From: an uncultured Clostridia bacterium
GTDB taxonomy: Bacteria; Bacillota; Clostridia; Christensenellales; Aristaeellaceae
Direction: 5' to 3'
Length of the DNA: 20,948 nucleotides
Assembly (NCBI GenBank): GCA_937907055.1
Contig: CALCTW010000112.1
Coordinates: 1-20,948 of the forward strand
This document shows, piece after piece, positions 15,538 to 20,948 of the stretch. How positions within the stretch are numbered: position 1 is the first letter of the stretch; the number at the start of each line of letters is the position of its first letter. The position numbers and the translations under genes were made by a program. Below the pieces are notes generated by a model. It did not search any database. It was not told the DNA's origin and worked only from the letters and a program-made list of their open reading frames with translations.

Positions 15538-16026
15538 ATGGAGATCAGAAAAGCGCTTCCGGCCGATCTGGATCATATTCTGCGTATCTATGCCGCCGCG
15601 CGGCAGTTCATGCGTGAAACAGGCAATCCCACCCAGTGGGGGGATCATTATCCGCCCCGGGACATGATCGAGCAGGATATCGCCGCCGGCCGCAGCTATG
15701 TCTGCGCGGAGGAGGGCGTTCCCTGCGCGGTCTTTGCCTTCATTCCGGGTATCGATCCCACCTATCTGAAGATCTATGAAGGCGCCTGGCTGAATGACGC
15801 GCCCTATGCCGCTGTGCACCGCGTGGCCAGTGATGGTACGCACAGGGGGATGATCGCGCGCATCATGGACTTCTGTCTGTCCTCCGGGCTGGATATCCGT
15901 ATCGATACCCACCGCGACAATAAGGTGATGCAGCATCAGCTGCTCAAGAATGGTTTTACCTATTGCGGCATCATTTATCTGGAGGATGGCGACGAACGCC
16001 TGGCTTATCAGCACGCCGCGCGTTGA
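15538..16026 (+). CDS. GNAT-family N-acetyltransferase (162 aa)
   Basis: The size and overall pattern fit a single-domain GNAT: MEIRKALPADLDHILRIY opening, a beta-strand region, and VHRVASDGTHRGMIARIMDFCL in the acetyl-CoA-binding-loop position. AAGGAG SD at 15523-15528 overlaps the upstream stop codon. Confidence 0.75.
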   Translation: MEIRKALPADLDHILRIYAAARQFMRETGNPTQWGDHYPPRDMIEQDIAAGRSYVCAEEGVPCAVFAFIPGIDPTYLKIYEGAWLNDAPYAAVHRVASDGTHRGMIARIMDFCLSSGLDIRIDTHRDNKVMQHQLLKNGFTYCGIIYLEDGDERLAYQHAAR

Positions 16027-16041
16027 TCCGGAAATAAAAAC

Positions 16042-16095
16042 GAACCGCGTCTGCCGGGATCATTCCCGTCTTGTGACGCGGTTCATTTTGTTTTT
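16042..16095. terminator. Bidirectional Rho-independent terminator between the GNAT gene and the convergent minus-strand membrane-protein gene
   Basis: 10-bp stem gaaccgcgtc (16042-16051) / gacgcggttc (16075-16084). attttgttttt follows on the plus strand and gtttttatttc on the minus strand. Confidence 0.75.
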
Positions 16096-16205
16096 GCCCG
16101 TTATTGTATCGACGCGATCATCGCTTTGACGGTCTGGATCTTCTCCATCGTTTCATCCTTGCGTCTGAACAGTTCAGTCAGCACGATCACATTCTCTTCG
16201 GATCC

Positions 16206-16808
16206 CTATGCTTTCAGTTCCGTGATCTTTTTGCTGATCATGTTCCATTCACTTATCAGATCCGCCTTTTTCTGTGTCAGCGTGTCAAGGGTCCATTCCT
16301 GCTCTCCAAACAGTTCGTCCATTTGTTCCGCGGGTTCCGCAGTTTTTTCCGCGGCTGCGGCGCTCGGAACGGCGGTTGGCTGCGCCTTGTCCTCCGCTTT
16401 TTGTGCTGCTTTACTCTCATCACGCTTGACAGCCCCCGGTGCTTTCGTCCGGATCGCGGCTCTTTCCGTGGCTTCCTGCAGCTGTTTTTTCGTGGTTTCA
16501 GGGTCGATCAGCAGCGCGGTCACAGTCTCCAGCTGCTTTTTCAGGTGCGAAATATCCTTGTTCTGGTTTTTCAGCATACGGTTCAGATCATCGATCTTTT
16601 CCGCCTGTTCAGCAGTGCGTCCCCACGCATAGATACACAGGCCGCTTACTGCCGCGCTGATGAGACTGCCGATCAATACACTGAGACCGGTCAGGAACGG
16701 CATGCCGCTGAACCACAGCGCGATGGCGGCAATGGTTCCCGCTGCCGCGCAGGCGATGAGAGAGCACCAGGCCAGGATCTTTACTTTTCTGCCAATATTA
16801 TCAAACAT
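16206..16808 (-). CDS. Membrane protein (200 aa), paralogue of 1166-1624: MFDNIGRKVKILA N-terminus, two TM helices and a long coiled-coil / Ala-Glu-Lys-rich tail. It ends at an in-frame TAG.
   Basis: ATG at 16808-16806 is preceded by GGAGG (complement of 16816-16820). 10 of the first 13 residues are identical to the other copy. Hydrophobic segments WCSLIACAAAGTIAAIALWF and LTGLSVLIGSLISAAVSGLCIY. Confidence 0.7.
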   Translation of the reverse strand: MFDNIGRKVKILAWCSLIACAAAGTIAAIALWFSGMPFLTGLSVLIGSLISAAVSGLCIYAWGRTAEQAEKIDDLNRMLKNQNKDISHLKKQLETVTALLIDPETTKKQLQEATERAAIRTKAPGAVKRDESKAAQKAEDKAQPTAVPSAAAAEKTAEPAEQMDELFGEQEWTLDTLTQKKADLISEWNMISKKITELKA

Positions 16809-16916
16809 CGATCTGCCTCCGTTATACATTTTTTATTCATGCTTGCGTTTCACGCGGGATCTCCGCAGGAGAAACAGCTGTTGTCGCGTTTTTTACTTTG
16901 TTTTGTCATGCATACG

Positions 16917-16947
16917 AAAAAGTGTGTCCCGTGATCGCGGGACACGC
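16917..16947 (-). terminator. Rho-independent terminator for the minus-strand DRE-TIM gene
   Basis: Stem gtgtcccg (16924-16931) / cgggacac (16938-16945). On the minus strand it is followed by TTTTT (complement of 16917-21). Confidence 0.65.
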
Positions 16948-16986
16948 TTTTTGAAATCAGAACAGACACGTCGGCCTGACGGATCG

Positions 16987-17964
16987 TCAGTCGGTCATCG
17001 CGATCTCCTGATAGAAATCGGCGTAATCGGTACGCTTTTCCTTGGTGAAGGCGATGGCGGTGCGCGGATGCTGATCCAGCAGACCGGTGATCAGGTACTG
17101 CAGATCATAGCCCCAGACAACGCCCTGCTGCTTAAGCTGCACCATGTGCTCCTGCACAAAGCGGAAGGCCTCGTATTCGTGATACTTGGGGTTCTTCAGG
17201 AAGCCCAGCAGCAGCTCCATCGCGCAGTTGCCCGCACCGCGGCCCATGGCGTTGTAGGTCGCGTCCAGATAATTGACGCCGTCGCCCACGCACTCAATGG
17301 TGTTGGCGAACGCCAACTGCTGGTTGTTGTGGGCGTGGATGCCCAGTTCCTTGCCGCTCTTTTCGGACATCTCACGGTAGATATCCACCACACGGGCCAT
17401 TTCCTCGGGATACAGCGAGCCGTAGCTGTCCACGATGTAGACGACATCCACGGGGGACTGTCCCAGCATGGTCAGCGCCTGACGGATGTCGGATTCCTGA
17501 CCGTTGGAGATCGCCATGATGTTGCAGCTGACCTCATAGCCCTTCTTCTTCGCGTCCTCGATCATCTCGATCGCGCCGGGGATCTGATGCAGATAGCACG
17601 CCACGCGGATCATATCCACGGGGCTCTCGGCCTTGGGCGCGATATCGGTCTTGAAGTCGCAGCGGCCTACATCGGCCATCACGCTGATCTTGGGGCCGTT
17701 GGCGTTATCGCCCACAAACTTGCGGATATCCTCATCGGTGGAAAATTTCCAGGGACCGAAATCATCAACCTTGAAAAGGCGCTTGGAGGCGCGGTAGCCG
17801 AACTCCATATAGTCCACACCGGCCAGCTTGTTGGTTTCATAAAGGGCTTTCACAAATTCAGGCGTGAAACGGAAGTCATTTACCAGACCGCCGTCACGCA
17901 GGGTGGCGTCCAGTACACGGATGGCCGGACGGAACCCCATCAATTGCTTTAATTCTTTTTCCAT
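16987..17964 (-). CDS. DRE-TIM metallolyase / HMGL-like aldolase-type enzyme (325 aa); substrate unknown
   Basis: IRVLDATLRDGG (the D-R-E-type N-terminal motif) and LGIHAHNNQQLAFANT (metal-binding HxH), as in the 4-hydroxy-2-oxovalerate aldolase / isopropylmalate synthase / homocitrate synthase catalytic domains. Confidence 0.8.
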   Translation of the reverse strand: MEKELKQLMGFRPAIRVLDATLRDGGLVNDFRFTPEFVKALYETNKLAGVDYMEFGYRASKRLFKVDDFGPWKFSTDEDIRKFVGDNANGPKISVMADVGRCDFKTDIAPKAESPVDMIRVACYLHQIPGAIEMIEDAKKKGYEVSCNIMAISNGQESDIRQALTMLGQSPVDVVYIVDSYGSLYPEEMARVVDIYREMSEKSGKELGIHAHNNQQLAFANTIECVGDGVNYLDATYNAMGRGAGNCAMELLLGFLKNPKYHEYEAFRFVQEHMVQLKQQGVVWGYDLQYLITGLLDQHPRTAIAFTKEKRTDYADFYQEIAMTD

Positions 17965-18020
17965 AAACGATGCTTCCCTTCTTATGCGCGTCTTATGCGC
18001 GTGCGCGCGAGGTGAATCAA

Positions 18021-18049
18021 ATCATATCATCATCTGCGGGTTTATTCAA
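18021..18049 (-). promoter_or_regulatory. Candidate promoter for the DRE-TIM gene
   Basis: Minus strand: TTGAAT (complement of 18044-18049), 17-nt spacer, TATGAT (complement of 18021-18026). About 55 nt upstream of the ATG. Confidence 0.4.
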
Positions 18050-18142
18050 TCGGTTCCGCTGTTCTTTGACTGTACGAAATACGTTTCCCGCGTTTTCTCC
18101 GGCAGAATACAGCCGTTTTTCGCTGTGATCCGAGGGCGCGGA

Positions 18143-18170
18143 ACGGGAAAAACACGGGAACCGACGGGAA
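18143..18170. repeat. Three direct ACGGGAA repeats spaced 11 and 10 bp apart (helically phased) in the divergent intergenic region
   Basis: ACGGGAA at 18143-18149, 18154-18160 and 18164-18170. Inverted related copies are TTTCCCG at 18084-18090 and TGCCCGT at 18223-18229. Confidence 0.6.
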
Positions 18171-18290
18171 AACAGAGGCGTTTCATGCCGTGAGCGGCGC
18201 ATTTGCGCGCGGCAAAGTAAAATGCCCGTTTTTCCTTGTAATTATTACGTTTTTGTTATTGTTTTTTCGGTGTTATTTCTTAAATTCACC

Positions 18291-18319
18291 TTTACTTTCA
18301 AGGGCTGATATGGTATACT
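18291..18319 (+). promoter_or_regulatory. Candidate promoter of the cggR-pgk-tpiA operon
   Basis: TTTACT (18291-18296), 17-nt spacer ending in TG-g, TATACT (18314-18319), i.e. an extended -10 TGgTATACT. An AT-rich UP-like tract lies at 18241-18290. Confidence 0.55.
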
Positions 18320-18331
18320 TTTAGATGTATG

Positions 18332-18368
18332 TGGGGCAGATTTTGCCCACTGGGGCAACAATTGCCAA
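18332..18368 (+). promoter_or_regulatory. Tandem 18-nt repeat TGGGGCA-N4-TTGCC, period 19; candidate CggR operator between the -10 and the SD
   Basis: TGGGGCAGATTTTGCCCA (18332-18349) and TGGGGCAACAATTGCCAA (18351-18368) share 13/18 positions. Each contains an internal inverted repeat (GGGCA/TGCCC, GGCAA/TTGCC). The architecture resembles the B. subtilis CggR operator as I recall it (CGGGAC-N6-TGTC-N4, twice). Confidence 0.55.
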
Positions 18369-18382
18369 ACAGGAGGTCGCGC

Positions 18383-19414
18383 ATGCAGGATGAGATACTT
18401 TCCCTGCTCAAGGCCATCGCGCCGGAGCAGATGGAGGAGATCGGAAGGCGCGCGCAAGTCCTCACCGGCATTGAGAACATGCAGCCCGTCGGGCGCAGGG
18501 CATTGGCCGCAAGGCTGAACCTGCCCGAGAGGGAAGTGCGTGCGGTCGCCACATCTCTCCGGGATCAGGGCCTTCTGCAGATGAATGCCGCCGGCATGCA
18601 GCTGACACAGAAGGCTTCGGAAGTCCTTCCCGGTGCCCGTGATCTCAGTCAGGCGCTCTTCGGTCTCACCAAGCTCGAACGCGCGCTGGAGGGTCTGCTG
18701 GGCATCTCTTCTGTCACCGTCATCAGCGGCAATGCCGATCTGGATCCCCAGGTGCTGAAGGATGTCGGCAAGTCGGCAGCGCATCGCGTCCACCGTCTTT
18801 TGCAAAGCGGGATGACCATGGCGGTCACCGGCGGCAAGACGATGCGTGAGGTCGCGGCCGGCATGCAGTCAGCTACGCCCATGAATATCATGGTCGTGCC
18901 TGCGCGCGGCGGAATGGGCACAGATGTGGAAAGTCAGGCCAATGTGATCGCGGCGGATATCGCCCAGCGTCTGGGCGGCCACTACCGTGTCATGCACCTG
19001 CCGGATTCGCTCGATCAGGAAGCATTGGATGAAATGCGCCGCCTGCCCGAGGTGCGGGAAGCGCTTGAGCTGCTTCAGCACGCGGAGCTGGTGGTCCACG
19101 GCGTAGGTCGCGCGGATATCATGGCGAAGGCGCGCGTTCTCAATGCGGAAACGAGAGAGCTGCTGCGCGAGCGGGATGCCGTAGGGGAGGCATTCGGCGA
19201 TTTCTTCAACCGGAACGGAGATACAGTTTATCAGATGAGCACTGTCTCCACCGGGCTCGGCAAACTGCATTCCGGGGCCAGAATGGTCGCGGTCGCCGCA
19301 GGGGCCGGCAAAGCGGAAGCCATCATTGCCGCCATGCGGCATGAGGCCCACGATTCGCTCATCACAGATGAAGGCGCGGCAAGCCGCATCGTCAGCCTGC
19401 TCACCGCCCGGTAA
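18383..19414 (+). CDS. cggR: SorC/CggR-family sugar-binding transcriptional regulator (central glycolytic genes regulator-like)
   Basis: AGGAGG SD at 18371-18376. N-terminal winged-HTH region plus a C-terminal SorC sugar-binding domain (VVPARGG, HGVGRA, VAVAAGAGKAEAIIAA). It lies directly upstream of pgk and tpiA. Confidence 0.85.
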   Translation: MQDEILSLLKAIAPEQMEEIGRRAQVLTGIENMQPVGRRALAARLNLPEREVRAVATSLRDQGLLQMNAAGMQLTQKASEVLPGARDLSQALFGLTKLERALEGLLGISSVTVISGNADLDPQVLKDVGKSAAHRVHRLLQSGMTMAVTGGKTMREVAAGMQSATPMNIMVVPARGGMGTDVESQANVIAADIAQRLGGHYRVMHLPDSLDQEALDEMRRLPEVREALELLQHAELVVHGVGRADIMAKARVLNAETRELLRERDAVGEAFGDFFNRNGDTVYQMSTVSTGLGKLHSGARMVAVAAGAGKAEAIIAAMRHEAHDSLITDEGAASRIVSLLTAR

Positions 19415-19487
19415 ACCCGTTTTGAAGCCCAAAGGGCTTTAAATAGCACAACCTGTCAACATGAATGTGAAAAGGAGTGTCCTCATC

Positions 19488-20786
19488 ATGAATTACAACA
19501 AGAAGACTGTCGAAGACATCAATGTGACCGGCAAGAAGGTCCTTGTCCGTGTCGACTTCAACGTCCCCATGAAGGATGGCAAGATCACCGACGAAAACCG
19601 TATCAACGGCGCGCTGCCCACCATCAAGTACCTGATCGCTCAGGGCGCGAAGGTCACTCTGTGCAGCCACATGGGCAAGCCTCACAATATCTTCAACGAA
19701 AAGATCAAGCTGAACAAGAAGGAAGTGGCCAAGATCGCCGCTCTGCCTGAGGATCAGCAGGAAGCCGCCACCGCCGCCGCTCTCGAAGCCGCCAAGGGCG
19801 ATGCCACCAAGCTCTCTCTGGCTCCCGTTGCCGCCCGTCTGAGCGAACTGCTGGGTCAGGAAGTCAAGATGGCCAAGGATGTCATCGGTCCCGATGCTCA
19901 GGCGATCGTTGCTTCCCTGAAGGACGGCGAAGTTGCTCTGCTTGAAAACCTGCGTTTCCATGCTGAGGAAGAAAAGAATGATCCCGCCTACGCTGAGAAG
20001 CTGGCTGCCTACGGCGAAGTGTTCGTGAACGACGCGTTCGGTACCGCTCACCGCGCTCATGCTTCCACCGAGGGTGTTACCCACTACCTGCCCGCTGTTG
20101 CCGGCTACCTCATCGAGAAGGAACTGCGCATCATGGGCGGCGCTCTGGAAGCTCCCGAGCGTCCTTTCCTGGCCATCCTGGGCGGCGCCAAGGTCTCCGA
20201 TAAGATCGGCGTTATCAACAACCTGCTCACCAAGGTCGATGTTCTGATCATCGGCGGCGGTATGGCTTACACCTTCCAGAAGGCCATGGGCGGTCACATC
20301 GGCAACAGCCTCTGCGAGGATGACAAGATGGATCTGGCCAAGGAACTGCTGGCCAAGGCTGCTTACATGGGTAAGCGCATCGTGCTGCCCGTGGATAACG
20401 AGGCCGGCAACAAGTTCTCCAACGACTGCCTGCACATCACCGTGCACTCTCAGGAGATCCCCGAGGGCTTCGAGGGCATGGATATCGGCCCTGTTACCCG
20501 TCAGCTGTTCGTCAACGAAGTGAACCGCGCTCACACCATCATCTGGAACGGCCCCATGGGCGTTTCCGAGTTCCCCGTCTTCGCTGAGGGCACCCGTGCC
20601 GTGGCCAGCGCTGTTGCTGCCAACCCCGGCATCACCATCATCGGCGGCGGTGACTCTGCTGCGGCTGTGACCAACCTGGGCTTCGGCGATAAGGTCACTC
20701 ACGTGTCCACCGGCGGCGGCGCTTCTCTGGAATTCCTCGAGGGCATCGAGCTTCCCGGTATCGCTGCGCTGGCCGATAAGGAATAA
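19488..20786 (+). CDS. pgk: Phosphoglycerate kinase (432 aa; carries an N-domain insertion)
   Basis: [61 protein letters not shown] and [21 protein letters not shown] at 19472-19477. Codon bias is that of a highly expressed gene. Confidence 0.95.
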   Translation: MNYNKKTVEDINVTGKKVLVRVDFNVPMKDGKITDENRINGALPTIKYLIAQGAKVTLCSHMGKPHNIFNEKIKLNKKEVAKIAALPEDQQEAATAAALEAAKGDATKLSLAPVAARLSELLGQEVKMAKDVIGPDAQAIVASLKDGEVALLENLRFHAEEEKNDPAYAEKLAAYGEVFVNDAFGTAHRAHASTEGVTHYLPAVAGYLIEKELRIMGGALEAPERPFLAILGGAKVSDKIGVINNLLTKVDVLIIGGGMAYTFQKAMGGHIGNSLCEDDKMDLAKELLAKAAYMGKRIVLPVDNEAGNKFSNDCLHITVHSQEIPEGFEGMDIGPVTRQLFVNEVNRAHTIIWNGPMGVSEFPVFAEGTRAVASAVAANPGITIIGGGDSAAAVTNLGFGDKVTHVSTGGGASLEFLEGIELPGIAALADKE

Positions 20787-20811
20787 TCGCTCCTTTTCCG
20801 TCAGATTTCTT

Positions 20812-20850
20812 CCGGCGGTGTCTGCGTTTTGCCGGCACCGCCGGTTTCAT
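20812..20850 (+). terminator. GC-rich hairpin between pgk and tpiA; a weak or partial terminator, or an mRNA-stabilising or processing structure
   Basis: 9-bp stem ccggcggtg (20812-20820) / caccgccgg (20836-20844), followed only by tttcattc, which is a poor U-tract. Confidence 0.35.
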
Positions 20851-20879
20851 TCAAATAAATGATAAAGAGGTAGATCATT

Positions 20880-20948
20880 ATGCGTACTCCCATCATTGCC
20901 GGAAACTGGAAAATGAACATGCTTGCTTCTCAGGTTAAGCCCTTCATG
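20880..20948 (+). CDS. tpiA: Triosephosphate isomerase, first 23 codons; the 3' end is cut by the window edge
   Basis: MRTPIIAGNWKMNM is the canonical TIM N-terminus (AGNWKMN). AAGAGG SD at 20865-20870. Position after pgk is typical. Confidence 0.85.
   Translation, partial: MRTPIIAGNWKMNMLASQVKPFM

Noticed and set aside
16104-17952. Plus-strand ORFs of 276, 168 and 430 aa (16104-16934, 16126-16632, 16660-17952).
   Set aside because: They are antisense to the MFDNIG-family gene and the DRE-TIM gene. They cross two terminators and a promoter region, and they have no SD and no motifs.
18017-18202. 61-aa minus-strand ORF in the aldolase/cggR intergenic region.
   Set aside because: It has no SD and is Arg/Ser-rich. 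It would run straight through the candidate DRE-TIM promoter. The region is better explained as regulatory DNA.
17965-18382. Possible riboswitch, T-box or small RNA in the 418-bp intergenic region.
   Set aside because: I could not find T-box (GGTGGTACCGCG-like), known riboswitch core motifs or a terminator/antiterminator pair. The predicted leader of the DRE-TIM gene is only about 55 nt. The repeat arrays look like DNA-level sites. This remains open to a covariance-model scan (Rfam/Infernal).
19401-20702. 433-aa minus-strand ORF opposite pgk.
   Set aside because: It is an antisense shadow of a highly codon-biased gene, with no motifs and no SD.

Overview
This is a chromosomal segment of about 57-65% G+C. 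Gene content and Shine-Dalgarno usage look like a high-GC Clostridia (Oscillospiraceae/Ruminococcaceae-like) genome, but that taxonomy is inference only. Most of the window is core metabolism. In order: the 3' part of pckA; a ~1 kb AT-rich islet; a PAP2 phosphatase; a MATE exporter; a small secreted protein plus a yfcE-like phosphodiesterase; an argC-argJ-argB-argD operon with a near-consensus promoter and ARG-box-like palindromes; three HAD hydrolases around rlmH; a lipoprotein made of four peptidoglycan-binding repeats; a zinc-ribbon protein coupled to a GNAT; a second copy of a small membrane-protein family; a DRE-TIM (HMGL-like) aldolase-type enzyme; and a cggR-pgk-tpiA cluster with no gapA between regulator and pgk. 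By eye I found no rRNA, tRNA, CRISPR array, transposase or integrase. The best candidate for something undescribed is the AT-rich islet (1080-2060). It holds a divergent XRE repressor and a small two-TM membrane protein with a SHOCT-like tail. The membrane gene is driven by a perfect TTGACA-17-TATAAT promoter that is interlocked with a perfect 11-bp inverted repeat, and a GC-rich native paralogue lies at 16206-16808. Other items worth a second look: an in-frame TAG in that paralogue followed by 34 sense codons ending at the terminator; a helically phased ACGGGAA x3 array in the 418-bp aldolase/cggR divergent region; a CggR-operator-like tandem repeat; and a ~43-residue Ala/Glu-rich insertion in Pgk. 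All functional calls rest on motif recognition by eye, with no database search run.
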